The notes under the pieces: generated by a model
Database searches by the model: none
What the model was told of the DNA's origin: nothing
The model's input: the letters and a program-made list of their open reading frames with translations, nothing else
Assembly: GCA_029256325.1 (NCBI GenBank)
Contig: JAQSYD010000024.1
Span: 3,169 to 67,168 of the forward strand
DNA length: 64,000 bases
Direction of reading: 5' to 3'
Source: Clostridia bacterium
GTDB taxonomy: Bacteria; Bacillota; Clostridia; Lutisporales; Lutisporaceae
Position numbers and translations under genes: made by a program
Shown: positions 1 to 9,618 of the stretch, piece after piece
Layout: each line of letters begins with the position of its first letter
Numbering within the stretch: position 1 is the stretch's first letter

Positions 1-569
1 GGCATTGTAGCAGAGAAAAGCATTGTCTGTCTTTCCTTGCTGCAGTTCTTTATAATTTCCTCAATATCTTCAATGAAGCCCATATTTAACATTTCGTCCG
101 CTTCATCAAGTACCAAGAATTGAATATCTCCAAGGTCTATAACTTTTCTTCTTATTAAATCCAGTACTCTGCCTGGCGTGCCGACAATAATGTCAACACC
201 TCTTCTAATAGCCTTAATCTGCCTGTCTATTGGCTGACCTCCATATACCGGCAGCAGCGTTACTCTTGAATGCTTTGCAATTCTGATGATTTCATCGTTA
301 ACCTGTATCGCCAGCTCTCTTGTAGGAGCAAGTATAATACAGCTTATTTTCCCTTCAGCTTTTTTCATGTTGGTTAAAATTGGTGCTCCAAAGGCTAATG
401 TCTTACCAGTACCTGTTTGTGCTTGACCTATAACGTCATAACCCTCCAACACAACAGGAATTATTTCTGCTTGTATATGGGAGGGCTCTTCAAACCCCAT
501 ATCATCAATTGCTTTAAGTACTTTTTCTCCTAAGCCTAATTGGCTAAATTTCTTTTCTTCCATTGTCAT
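1..569 (-). CDS. DEAD-box ATP-dependent RNA helicase, N-terminal part (gene continues past the left window edge)
   Basis: Own minus-strand translation from the ATG at 569: MTMEEKKFSQLGLG... It contains motif I AQTGTGKT (~400-425), VLDEADEM (~95-115) and SAT (1-15). It is absent from the ORF track because it is open at the window edge. Confidence 0.9.
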   Translation of the reverse strand, partial: MTMEEKKFSQLGLGEKVLKAIDDMGFEEPSHIQAEIIPVVLEGYDVIGQAQTGTGKTLAFGAPILTNMKKAEGKISCIILAPTRELAIQVNDEIIRIAKHSRVTLLPVYGGQPIDRQIKAIRRGVDIIVGTPGRVLDLIRRKVIDLGDIQFLVLDEADEMLNMGFIEDIEEIIKNCSKERQTMLFSATM

Positions 570-661
570 CCTTCTTTCAACTTTTATTAATTATTAGTAT
601 TATAACCCATATTTGAAATTAAATAAGCAATGATGCAAATCAATGCTTTTTAGCTTCAACA

Positions 662-928
662 TTATGGTTTCCATAAATTCTCTTCCATATTTATCAAACC
701 ATTTATTTTAAAGGTTACTCCCTCTGCTTCCAACAGGCTTCTTTGAACTTCCTGACTGCCAAAGGCATATTCAGGAGCCAGTTTACCTGATTTTCTCACT
801 ACTCTATGACAGGGAAGTACCCAATTCTCGGGAACAGCCCTCATTGCCCAGCCTACAACTCTGGCACCTCTTGGCAAGCCGGCTAATGCAGCAAATTCTC
901 TGCCACTAACATTACTATTATATGGCAA
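662..928 (-). CDS. MGMT-family (O6-alkylguanine-DNA alkyltransferase DNA-binding domain) protein, apparently N-terminally truncated
   Basis: The PCHRVV active-site motif is present in an 88-aa ORF. The only start is TTG and a stop codon lies ~10 codons upstream in frame, so the usual N-terminal helix is missing. Confidence 0.6.
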   Translation of the reverse strand: MPYNSNVSGREFAALAGLPRGARVVGWAMRAVPENWVLPCHRVVRKSGKLAPEYAFGSQEVQRSLLEAEGVTFKINGLINMEENLWKP

Positions 929-981
929 CGGCTTTGCATTAGCAAGTAAATATTATGGAAGAATACAAATCCTTCTTTTTT

Positions 982-1034
982 GGTGCCAGGCACCGAGGTA
1001 TCAGGTTTTGAAAAACTGATACCTCGGTGCCTGA
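982..1034. repeat. REP-like palindromic element, copy 1 (GGTGCCAGGCACC + TATCAGGTTTTGA arm, extended into a long hairpin)
   Basis: Sequence read directly: ggtgccaggcaccgaggtatcaggttttgaaaaactgatacctcggtgcctgaca. It is intergenic, between the MGMT-like ORF and the BceB-like gene. Confidence 0.75.
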
Positions 1035-1048
1035 CAAGAATACTCAAA

Positions 1049-2992
1049 TCATCGTCCGTTTTCCACTAATTTGCCGTATGCATCTACTGTCAAGAGATAA
1101 TAGATCATATATATCAAGGTGTATACACCAATTGTGATTGTTAATGGTACAAACACATCCATGCCTAGAGCCTTTTTAAGTATGGATACTGCAACAATGC
1201 TATGTGTAATTCCGACAGCCAATGGAAGCATAAATACAAACAACATCTGCTTACTGATGATCGACTTTATGTCCTTCTTGTCAAAGCCTACATTCCTTAG
1301 TATGCCGTAGCGTTTCTTATCTTCATTTGCTTCTGACAGCTGCTTGAAGAAAATAATACTTCCTGTAGCCAACAGAAATACTAATCCTAAGAATGCTCCA
1401 ACAAATATTGTTAAGCCCGAACCCATCAGTTGTGCTTTATAATTATCATAAAAAGCAGAAAATGGTTTTGGCCATTTATCCACGTCCATACCCGCATGCT
1501 TAAGGGTTCTATATAGCTCATCAGTTAAAGCCGCACTATCTTTTGCGTTATTTACAATATACGCATTTCCATACACGATTTCTCCTTTTTCACGTAGTTC
1601 TTCATACACATCCTCATCAACAACTGCCAGATAATCAGCTATACGCTCATTTAACAAAGGTGCTGACTGAAAGTCTTTTATTTGATAGCTTCTCACTTCT
1701 CCATCCACTTTAATTTCCAGATCCTTGCCCTTGTATGGCTTCATAAATGCCTTGCTATAAAAGGTATCAATAAATAAGATATCCTTATGGAAGTCCAAGT
1801 ATATTCTAGTGTTTAGGCCCCTTGCTTTTGCAATTTCATTATATGTCTTTTCTGACATTACTGATATTTCTTTATCCCTATATTTTTCACTAAAGCCAAC
1901 ATTAGGCAGCTTGCCTTGGAAGCTTATCAACTCGTAGTTTACTGAGCTTTTTATAGCATGTTCAGGATACTTTGCTATTACTGCATCTACAGCTTTATCC
2001 AAGCCTGTTTTATCACTTACATATGCGTAACTAAAAGGGTAGTGCTTGTTTATATTTGTCTGGAAGTCGTAATAAAAGCTGGAGGTCACACCCATTGCCG
2101 TCAAGGTTGTAGCACTAAGTACAGCTATGGTAGCCAAGGTTCTTGCGTGCCCCTTCAGTCTATACATCAGCTGCGATGTACTAATCAGATTTGTACCGCT
2201 ATAATAGTTCACCTTATTTTTTTTGGCAAGCTTTATGATATAGACTGTTAAGGATGAAAACAGCAGATACGTTCCTGTTACCACCAGGGCTAGTGTAATA
2301 AATGGCACCAAAGCATGAAGCTTTTCTACCCCCAGATAGTAGAAGTAACCTCCGCCAACAAGCAGCAAACCCAACAACGACGCAATCCAAGATGCTTTTG
2401 GTTCTTTGTCTCCGATATTTTCTGCCTTAAACAAATCAATAAGCTTAAATTTATATATGATGCTATAACTATGAACTGAAGTTATTAAAAATAAAACAGA
2501 AAACATTATAGCAGTGTTTATAATGGGCTTCAGCTGTATCGCAAACTTGACATGAATGCTGTAGCCCATCAGCTGCAGCAGCAGCATTATAAATAGCTTA
2601 GACAATAGACTTCCCAATAAGACGCCTGCTGTCAGAGCCAACATGCCCATCATGAGGTTTTCATAAAAAAGCATCCTGCCTATTTGCCTCTTCTTGACCC
2701 CCATCAGAGAATACAACGCCACCTCTTTTTTCCTTTTTTTAATGAAGAAAGAGTTTGAGTACCAGATAAATATACCTGCAAATATCGCAATAACGATGGA
2801 TGATGTCTTAAAGGTAATAAAGATGCTGCTCTTAATCTCTTGTAGGTTAACAATCTGTTCATTATACTGTATTGATGTAAATATATGATATATCATGATG
2901 CTGAACACCATAGAAACAAAGTAGATAAAGTAGTTATTAAAATTCCTCCTGATATTTTTAAATGCCATGTTAAATAAGGTCACTGTTGTCAC
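1049..2992 (-). CDS. BceB-type ABC transporter permease (FtsX-like, large extracellular loop)
   Basis: A 647-aa multi-TM protein with a long soluble loop between TM clusters. It overlaps the ATPase gene and is linked to a BceRS-like two-component system. The true start may be the GTG at 2983 or the ATG at 2968. Confidence 0.85.
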   Translation of the reverse strand: MTTVTLFNMAFKNIRRNFNNYFIYFVSMVFSIMIYHIFTSIQYNEQIVNLQEIKSSIFITFKTSSIVIAIFAGIFIWYSNSFFIKKRKKEVALYSLMGVKKRQIGRMLFYENLMMGMLALTAGVLLGSLLSKLFIMLLLQLMGYSIHVKFAIQLKPIINTAIMFSVLFLITSVHSYSIIYKFKLIDLFKAENIGDKEPKASWIASLLGLLLVGGGYFYYLGVEKLHALVPFITLALVVTGTYLLFSSLTVYIIKLAKKNKVNYYSGTNLISTSQLMYRLKGHARTLATIAVLSATTLTAMGVTSSFYYDFQTNINKHYPFSYAYVSDKTGLDKAVDAVIAKYPEHAIKSSVNYELISFQGKLPNVGFSEKYRDKEISVMSEKTYNEIAKARGLNTRIYLDFHKDILFIDTFYSKAFMKPYKGKDLEIKVDGEVRSYQIKDFQSAPLLNERIADYLAVVDEDVYEELREKGEIVYGNAYIVNNAKDSAALTDELYRTLKHAGMDVDKWPKPFSAFYDNYKAQLMGSGLTIFVGAFLGLVFLLATGSIIFFKQLSEANEDKKRYGILRNVGFDKKDIKSIISKQMLFVFMLPLAVGITHSIVAVSILKKALGMDVFVPLTITIGVYTLIYMIYYLLTVDAYGKLVENGR

Positions 2993-3734
2993 CTCCCATA
3001 GTCTTTAAAACATCCAGTATCTTTTGGAAGAATTCCTTTCTGGAGCTGCCTTTATGAAGCTCTGTAAAAAGCTGTCCATCTTTAATAAATATAATTCTCT
3101 TGCAATAACTGGCTGCAAAGGCATCATGAGTTACCATCATAATGTTGACCCCATTGCTTTTGTTCAGATCACTTAAACATTGCAGAAGCTCCATAGATGA
3201 CTTTGAATCCAACGCACCTGTTGGCTCATCAGCCAAAATCAGCTTAGGTTGATGTATGATAGCTCTAGCTGCTGCCGTTCTTTGCTTTTGTCCACCAGAA
3301 ATCTCATAGGGGTATTTATACAGGATGTCCTCTATGCCTAGAATATTGCTGACTTCTACCGTCCTTTGCTCTATAAGCTTAGGATTAACTTTTGCAAGCG
3401 TCAACGGAAGAATCATATTTTCCATAACAGTCAGCGTATCAAGCAGATTAAAATCTTGAAATATAAAACCCAGCTTGCTTCTTCGAAAAGCAGAAAGCTG
3501 ATTTTCCTTCATTTTTACAATGTCATCTCCGTCAATTAAAATACTGCCTGAGGTTGGTTTGTCAATGGTCGATATGATATTCAGCAGAGTTGTCTTCCCA
3601 GCTCCCGAGGGACCCATGATGCCTACAAACTCTCCCTGTTCAATCTCCATATTGATGTCCTGCAGTGCAGTATAGTTATTACCCCTGGAACCATATATTT
3701 TCTTTAAGTTTTTTGCCGCAAGAACATTGTTCAT
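2970..3734 (-). CDS. ABC transporter ATP-binding protein (BceA-like)
   Basis: Walker A GPSGAGKTT, signature SGGQKQR and Walker B LILADEPTGALD. Confidence 0.92.
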   Translation of the reverse strand: MNNVLAAKNLKKIYGSRGNNYTALQDINMEIEQGEFVGIMGPSGAGKTTLLNIISTIDKPTSGSILIDGDDIVKMKENQLSAFRRSKLGFIFQDFNLLDTLTVMENMILPLTLAKVNPKLIEQRTVEVSNILGIEDILYKYPYEISGGQKQRTAAARAIIHQPKLILADEPTGALDSKSSMELLQCLSDLNKSNGVNIMMVTHDAFAASYCKRIIFIKDGQLFTELHKGSSRKEFFQKILDVLKTMGGDNSDLI

Positions 3735-3858
3735 ATATTTACCTCCACATTTTCACAATTTAAAATAGGCTGAATGCATATTTCAGCCTTCAACCATTAT
3801 TCTAAATTAGCAAGATGTTTTCTACCATTTATCAATATAACAAATTGAAATGCAACGC

Positions 3859-4893
3859 TTACATTTTTGTCACATTAAAGTAATCAATAAGCTTAGGAAA
3901 ATGAATCGTCACTTTAGTATACTCGCCATGAATAGATTCTATGGATATGTCATGACCCAGCTTGCGAGCTAGTTTACGGCTTAGATACAATCCCATACCA
4001 GTTGCTTTGTAATCCTGCCTGCCAGTATGGCCTGTAAAACCTCTGTCAAAAACCCTTGCAATATCCTCTTTCCGGATGCCAATTCCATTGTCTTCAATAA
4101 TCAGCTGCTTTTCTTTTTCCTTAATCATTCCTCTTATAGTGATTTTTCCTTCAGCTTGGGTGTATTTCAAGGAGTTCACTACTAATTGATCCATTATATA
4201 AAACAGCCACTTCCTGTCACTAATGACCTCTAAATCTACATTTTCAATATCTATTTTAATTTTCTTATTTATAAAGGTATTCGCATGTTTTTTCACAACA
4301 GCCTTTACTATTTCTTCTAAAATGACTTCACTGATCATATAGTCTTTAGCAAATTCGTCAGCTCTAGAGTTATAAAGCACTTGTTCAACCTGTGCTTCAA
4401 TTTTATCCAACTCTTCCTTGATACTTTCCAGTACTTGTTCTATGGGTTTTTCCGCCCCATTTTCTATAACCAGTCGACTTGCCGCGATAGGTGTTTTTAT
4501 TTCATGCACCCAAGAAGTTATATATTCGAGATTTTCTTTTTTCTCTTCATAGAGTTCTTCCAACCTACTATTCTGTTGTTCATAGAGCTTTTGCAGCAGC
4601 TCCGCATATACTTTTTGCTCGAAGCTCTTACCTTTAGGCAAAGCGTTTAGCAAATTGTCATGAGATGTTTTTACTGCAGCATAAAGCTTTTTATAGAAGC
4701 TGTTTTTTAAGCAATAACCTGCTATTAGATATGCGATCAACATGATAAAGCATACGATGTTGATATAAAAAAGTTCGTTTAATACAAAGTCCCTGGGTAT
4801 ATTCAAATAATAGACACTGCTGACAAAAGCCATAAGCATCACATATAAAAGTAATAATCGCTTTTTATCCCATATATAGCTGATTAAACTCAT
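3859..4893 (-). CDS. Intramembrane-sensing histidine kinase (BceS-like)
   Basis: Two N-terminal TM helices with a minimal loop, H-box HEIKTPI and a C-terminal HATPase (DNGIGI, GMGLYL). It has a 4-nt overlap with the response regulator gene. Confidence 0.88.
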   Translation of the reverse strand: MSLISYIWDKKRLLLLYVMLMAFVSSVYYLNIPRDFVLNELFYINIVCFIMLIAYLIAGYCLKNSFYKKLYAAVKTSHDNLLNALPKGKSFEQKVYAELLQKLYEQQNSRLEELYEEKKENLEYITSWVHEIKTPIAASRLVIENGAEKPIEQVLESIKEELDKIEAQVEQVLYNSRADEFAKDYMISEVILEEIVKAVVKKHANTFINKKIKIDIENVDLEVISDRKWLFYIMDQLVVNSLKYTQAEGKITIRGMIKEKEKQLIIEDNGIGIRKEDIARVFDRGFTGHTGRQDYKATGMGLYLSRKLARKLGHDISIESIHGEYTKVTIHFPKLIDYFNVTKM

Positions 4894-5567
4894 TGTATTA
4901 TATACCCCTGTCCTCTTTTAGTTTTTATAAAATCATCTAAACCCATATTCCCCAAGTCCTTGCGCAGCCTGTTTATATTTACAGTAAGCGTATTATCATC
5001 TACAAAGCTTTCATCCTCCCACAGCTTGCGCATTATTTCATCACGACTTACTAACTTACCGTTATTTTTCATAAGTACATATAATATCTTGAATTCATTT
5101 TTGGTAAGTTCAAGCTTTTGCTGCTGATAAAGCACTGTGCTGTCCTTAAGGTTCAACACCACGCCTTGATATTCCAGAATACTTGTGTCCACATCAATAT
5201 AAGAATATGTCCTGCGCAGCAACGCATTTACCTTTGCCAACAATACCTCTAAAGAAAAAGGTTTCTGCACAAAGTCGTCTCCTCCCATATTGACCGCCAT
5301 AATGATATCCATATTTGAATTTCTTGAGGAAATAAAGATGATAGGCACCTTTGAAATCTCTCTGATTTTACCACACCAATAAAAACCATCAAAGGCAGGC
5401 AAATTTATATCTAATAATGCCAAATGAGGCTGATACTCCGTAAAGTCTTCCATCACCTTGCTAAAGTCCTTCACTACAAAACCTTCATATCCCCACTTTT
5501 GTATATTCTCTAATATGATTTCTCTTATCTTAACATCATCTTCAATAATCAGTATCTTAAACATCAA
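4890..5567 (-). CDS. OmpR/PhoB-family response regulator (BceR-like)
   Basis: Receiver domain (ILIIEDD, LLDINLP) followed by a winged-helix C-terminus (LTKNEFKILYVL..., RGQGY). Confidence 0.92.
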   Translation of the reverse strand: MMFKILIIEDDVKIREIILENIQKWGYEGFVVKDFSKVMEDFTEYQPHLALLDINLPAFDGFYWCGKIREISKVPIIFISSRNSNMDIIMAVNMGGDDFVQKPFSLEVLLAKVNALLRRTYSYIDVDTSILEYQGVVLNLKDSTVLYQQQKLELTKNEFKILYVLMKNNGKLVSRDEIMRKLWEDESFVDDNTLTVNINRLRKDLGNMGLDDFIKTKRGQGYIIQ

Positions 5568-5581
5568 ATCCTCCTTTTTGA

Positions 5582-5610
5582 GTGCCAGGCACCTTTTTAT
5601 CAGGTTTTGA
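5582..5610. repeat. REP-like palindromic element, copy 2
   Basis: gtgccaggcacctttttatcaggttttga; intergenic. Confidence 0.7.
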
Positions 5611-5685
5611 ATTAATTCTGCAAATCCTTATATCCACAGGTTTTCTTATGTAAAATTAATCCAGTAATATATAATTATATTATCA

Positions 5686-5731
5686 CAAAAAACAGCAACC
5701 TCCAAACAACTGATTTTGCAGTTTGGAGGTT
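5686..5731 (-). terminator. Rho-independent terminator downstream of the GNAT gene
   Basis: An 11-bp stem (aacctccaaac / gtttggaggtt) is followed on the minus strand by GCUGUUUUUUG. Confidence 0.7.
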
Positions 5732-5742
5732 ATAGTCATAGC

Positions 5743-6609
5743 TTATTCTATTGTTTTTCTATAGTATTCCCATGCACTTTGTACTTCAAAGCCGGAATTT
5801 TTATAGAGCTGAAACGCATTGTCATTTTCACTTTCTACTTCTATACAAATATCTTCAATTTTATATTCCATAATCCTTTGGATGATGGAATATAGTATTT
5901 CTTTGCCATAGCCTTTTCCTTGGTGCTCAGGCAATACGCCTAATCCATTAATAGAGGCTCCTCCGTTTTCAAAGCAAATGACACCCTTAGCCACAAACTC
6001 ACCTTCTATATTAGCAAGAAACACCTCACGATTATCTGCCTTTAAAGCAGCATTAGCAAGACTTTTTGCACCTTCATAACTATTATGAAAAGCACCCATA
6101 TTTATCTTGACTATGCTTTCTATATCTTCTAGTCCTGCTTTATGAAGCTTTATTCTATAACTATAATCCTTTATTACAGGATCAAATTTATGATTATATT
6201 TTAGGAAATACTCTGTAAACTCATATATAGCCTTTTGTTTTGCTATAACAGCTTTTCCGTTTGCAGAATTTCCATTACATACAAATAATAAATCAGGCAC
6301 ATCATACCTTTTGATCTCTTCTTCGGCTCTTTTTATCAGCTCTGAAAAATAACCTCTTAGCCTATAATCCGGCAGTGTCATTGCCGACACTTCTGCTTCC
6401 TCACGCCCTGGCACAAATAGAGATAGGACACTCACCAGCTTATTGCCCTCATAGGCCATAAAGATGGTATTCATTTCCTGGTTAAAATTTATGGATTTAT
6501 CAAGTTCAATGATACCTTCTATACCATCGTAGTTATTGCATTGTTCAACTAACTCACTGATTTCTTTGGCTACATCGTCACTTACCCTATTGAGTTCTTT
6601 TATCACCAA
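5743..6609 (-). CDS. GNAT-family N-acetyltransferase (two acetyltransferase-like halves)
   Basis: 288 aa; the C-terminal half carries the GNAT acetyl-CoA motif region (LGVLPEHQGKGYGKEIL ... AFQLYKNSGF). Confidence 0.8.
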   Translation of the reverse strand: MVIKELNRVSDDVAKEISELVEQCNNYDGIEGIIELDKSINFNQEMNTIFMAYEGNKLVSVLSLFVPGREEAEVSAMTLPDYRLRGYFSELIKRAEEEIKRYDVPDLLFVCNGNSANGKAVIAKQKAIYEFTEYFLKYNHKFDPVIKDYSYRIKLHKAGLEDIESIVKINMGAFHNSYEGAKSLANAALKADNREVFLANIEGEFVAKGVICFENGGASINGLGVLPEHQGKGYGKEILYSIIQRIMEYKIEDICIEVESENDNAFQLYKNSGFEVQSAWEYYRKTIE

Positions 6610-6949
6610 ATCTATTCCTCCATAGCACCTTTCCTATCAATAAAGCGATCCCCATCCACAATGTAGCTCTCACCAAGTTGTTGTATTCTCGCTTTTCCTG
6701 CTTATAAGTCTGCTTACTCATGAAATCGTCTGCCTCTTTATCAAAGGTGCTTAAATTTGTATATATAAGATAAAATTTTATGTTGATAGCCATAATAAGG
6801 ATAATGATTAATAGATTGATCAATCTGTCAAAGCCTGTAATCCTATGCCATTTACTGAAGGTATAAGCCATATAAGCTATAAAAAACGTGGTCGTTAGAT
6901 TTGATGTGAATTTGGCTTTTGCTGTAAAGTCTTTGACGTATTTCATCAT
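6587..6949 (-). CDS. Small membrane protein, unknown function
   Basis: A 120-aa ORF with about 3 hydrophobic helices. It overlaps the GNAT gene start by 23 nt, which suggests translational coupling. Confidence 0.55.
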   Translation of the reverse strand: MMKYVKDFTAKAKFTSNLTTTFFIAYMAYTFSKWHRITGFDRLINLLIIILIMAINIKFYLIYTNLSTFDKEADDFMSKQTYKQEKREYNNLVRATLWMGIALLIGKVLWRNRFGDKRTQ

Positions 6950-7040
6950 GTCACCACCTTAATATACAAAGAAATATCTTTGGTATAATTATCCTAATAT
7001 TACCAGATGGTTTTAACTATTACAATATCCAAGTGCATAT

Positions 7041-7066
7041 CCTGATATCCTTGGTGCCTGGCACCA
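7041..7066. repeat. REP-like palindromic element, copy 3
   Basis: cctgatatccttggtgcctggcacca, immediately distal to the ABC operon terminator. Confidence 0.7.
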
Positions 7067-7095
7067 AAAAAGCAGGATTTATAAAATCCTGCTTA
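7064..7095 (-). terminator. Rho-independent terminator of the amino-acid ABC operon
   Basis: Hairpin agcaggattt-ataa-aatcctgct overlaps the stop codon and is followed on the minus strand by UUUUUUGG. Confidence 0.7.
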
Positions 7096-7831
7096 AAAAT
7101 TCTTTTGTTCTCATGTGGCCGGGGTTATTGAATATGTTTTCCGGACGATCCGTTTCCAGTATCTCACCATTGTCCATGAATATCACACGATCTGCCACTT
7201 CTCTTGCAAAGCCCATCTCATGGGTCACAACCAGCATCGTCATACCTTCCTTTGCCAGTCCTTTCATTACATCAAGCACCTCACAAACCAGTTCGGGATC
7301 CAGCGCTGACGTAGGTTCATCAAAAAGCATGATCTTAGGCTCCATAGCCAGTGCTCTTGCAATAGCAACTCTCTGCTGCTGCCCCCCCGAAAGCTTTGAA
7401 GGATATTCGTCCTTCTTATCTGTCAGTCCCACCTTATGCAGCAATTTTAAAGCTCTTTCCATAGATTCCTGCTTTGAAAGTTTTTTTATCTTCATTGGTG
7501 ACAGCATTACATTCTCCAACACGGTCATATGAGGGAAAAGGTTAAATCTTTGAAAAACCATCCCCAGCTCGGAGCAGACCTCAGAAATCTTTTTGGAAGA
7601 AATCTTGCTAATGTCCTTATTATTGCTCCTCTCATCTACTAGCTCATTATCAATATATACGCTGCCGCTTGTTATTCTTTCCAATTGATTCAAGGACCTT
7701 AGAAGGGTGCTTTTACCTGAACCGCTTGGTCCAATGATACATACAACCTCACCTTTTTGAACTGTCAAGTTTATATTCTTAAGCACCTCTAAATGATCAA
7801 AGCTTTTATATACATTTTCTAATTTAATCAT
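7079..7831 (-). CDS. Polar amino-acid ABC transporter ATP-binding protein (GlnQ-like)
   Basis: Walker [10 protein letters not shown], signature [15 protein letters not shown] and Walker [13 protein letters not shown] place the start at the ATG at 7831, 1 nt after the permease stop, rather than at the upstream GTG. Confidence 0.92.
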   Translation of the reverse strand: MIKLENVYKSFDHLEVLKNINLTVQKGEVVCIIGPSGSGKSTLLRSLNQLERITSGSVYIDNELVDERSNNKDISKISSKKISEVCSELGMVFQRFNLFPHMTVLENVMLSPMKIKKLSKQESMERALKLLHKVGLTDKKDEYPSKLSGGQQQRVAIARALAMEPKIMLFDEPTSALDPELVCEVLDVMKGLAKEGMTMLVVTHEMGFAREVADRVIFMDNGEILETDRPENIFNNPGHMRTKEFLSRIL

Positions 7832-7832
7832 G

Positions 7833-8507
7833 TTAATCCCCACTTTTCCCGAACTTTATTTCAAGTCTGGACTGCAATATCGTAAGCACAGAACAAAAAA
7901 TCAGATAAATCGATCCCGCTTCGATATAAAGCCATAGAGGCTCATAGGTTCGTGCCGTAATCTGCTGTGCCACCTGAAAAAGTTCTGTAAAGGTAATCGC
8001 CGCAGCCAAAGAAGTATCCTTCACCAAGCTTATGAATGAATTTGCCATTGGCGGAATAGCCACTTTTATAGCTTGTGGGATGATGATATAAAGCAGTGTC
8101 TGACTTTTGGATAGACCCAACGCATGGGCTGCCTCCCACTGACCTTTAGGCACAGACAATATGGCAGCTCTGATGGTTTCAGAGCCATAAGCTCCTACAC
8201 TCAAGGTAAAACCTATTACTGCAGAAACAAAAGCATCAAGGGTTAAGCCTATGCTTGGCAGTCCGTAGAATATGATAAACAGCTGCACCAGCAGTGGTGT
8301 TCCTCTAATGATCCACACATAAAACTTTACAATTGCCAGGAGCGGTTTGAAATTTGACACCCTAATAATTGCTACAGTGAATGCCACAATCATCCCCAGG
8401 AAGAATGAGATTATAGTAAGAGGTACTGTAAACATCAAACCTGCCTTTAAAAGAGGGAAAAAGGAGTCTATAAGTATTCCAATAACTCTTACCATTCTTT
8501 CATCCAT
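7833..8507 (-). CDS. Polar amino-acid ABC transporter permease (HisM/GlnP family)
   Basis: 224-aa membrane protein with an EAA-like loop ([22 protein letters not shown]). Confidence 0.9.
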   Translation of the reverse strand: MDERMVRVIGILIDSFFPLLKAGLMFTVPLTIISFFLGMIVAFTVAIIRVSNFKPLLAIVKFYVWIIRGTPLLVQLFIIFYGLPSIGLTLDAFVSAVIGFTLSVGAYGSETIRAAILSVPKGQWEAAHALGLSKSQTLLYIIIPQAIKVAIPPMANSFISLVKDTSLAAAITFTELFQVAQQITARTYEPLWLYIEAGSIYLIFCSVLTILQSRLEIKFGKSGD

Positions 8508-8527
8508 TGATATTCACCCTTCTAATG

Positions 8528-9352
8528 TTATTTTGAAACGTCTTCACCAAACCATTTTTCTGATATTTTTAAATATGTTCCGTCAGCCTTCATGTCGGCC
8601 AATGCTGTATTAACTGCTTCAACTAGTTCTCCATTGCCTTTGTTAAATAAAATCCCGGACTCACCAGTTTCATCCATTTTATCTACAACTTTTATAGGCG
8701 CATCAGGTTTCTGTTTTTTGTAATCCAAGAAGGATAAGTTGTCGTTGATTGTAGCATCTATTCTCTTTGAATTAAGTAAATCAAGTGCTTGATTGAAACC
8801 ATCAACCTGTACAAGCTCTGCTTCAAATGATCTTGCTATGTCTGCAAGGTTGCTGGTAAGAGATTGCCCTGATTTTTTTCCCTTTAAATCCTCGAAGCTT
8901 TTTATTTCATTATTTTCCTCATGTACTATAAGCACTGATCTTGATGATACATATGAATCTGAGAAATCATATTTTTCAAGTCTGTCTGGTCTTATAGTTA
9001 CTTGATTGGCAACTGCATCAAATCTTTTTGCATCAAGTCCTGCAAACATGCCGTCCCATTTTGTTTCAATGAATTCAACCTTTACGCCAAGTCTTTTCGC
9101 TACCTCTTCAGCAATCTCAACGTCAAAGCCGGTAAGCTTGCCATCTTTATCATGGAATGTATATGGTGCGTATGTGCCTTCTGTTCCTATCTTAATGACG
9201 CCTTCTGTTTTTATCTTCTCCAGCAGATTTTCCTGATTTACTTCACCAGCAGGCTCCTTTGTTGTCGCTGTTTGTTTTGCTGAACTGCAGCCGGTAAATA
9301 CCAGTGCCATTATCGTGATGATTGCTGTTACAAGTAGAACTCTTTTTTTCAT
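8528..9352 (-). CDS. Amino-acid ABC transporter substrate-binding lipoprotein (family 3 SBP)
   Basis: Signal peptide with lipobox LVFTGC, and the SBP_bac_3-like pattern (GTEGTYAPYTF..., GFDVEIAEEVAKRLG). Confidence 0.9.
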   Translation of the reverse strand: MKKRVLLVTAIITIMALVFTGCSSAKQTATTKEPAGEVNQENLLEKIKTEGVIKIGTEGTYAPYTFHDKDGKLTGFDVEIAEEVAKRLGVKVEFIETKWDGMFAGLDAKRFDAVANQVTIRPDRLEKYDFSDSYVSSRSVLIVHEENNEIKSFEDLKGKKSGQSLTSNLADIARSFEAELVQVDGFNQALDLLNSKRIDATINDNLSFLDYKKQKPDAPIKVVDKMDETGESGILFNKGNGELVEAVNTALADMKADGTYLKISEKWFGEDVSK

Positions 9353-9445
9353 TTTACTTCCTCCAATTTAATTAGCTGCATTTTGAGCTATCAATTTTAT
9401 TCTCGATAGAAAATCAACCATTCCTATCTGTTTACTATGTTTTAA

Positions 9446-9475
9446 ATTATAATGCCCTTTCACCTACTTTGTCAA
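9446..9475 (-). promoter_or_regulatory. Sigma-A-type promoter of the amino-acid ABC operon
   Basis: The minus strand reads TTGACA, 18 nt, TATAAT, about 90 nt upstream of the SBP start codon. Confidence 0.5.
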
Positions 9476-9618
9476 TAGGTTTTGTATGATTAGTTGAAAA
9501 AACCTTCTTGCAGGCTTTGCAACCTCATTAATTGCATAACTTTAAAGGATTATTTACATCTATCAAGAATATAAATGAAAAGCCTTAAACAGTTGTGTCA
9601 AGAGGATGGTGAATAGAA

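Noticed and set aside
7053-7066. TGGCAC within the GGTGCCTGGCACC palindromes as sigma-54 -24 boxes
   Set aside because: None of the five copies has a GC -12 element at the right spacing. Several lie at gene 3' ends.
7113-7532. 139-aa and 64-aa plus-strand ORFs inside the ABC ATPase gene
   Set aside because: They are antisense to a CDS with complete Walker A, signature and Walker B motifs, and they have no independent support.
9505-9525. TTGCAGGCTTTGCAA as a second sigma-54 promoter in the ABC/EBP divergent spacer
   Set aside because: It lacks the invariant GG of the -24 element on either strand.
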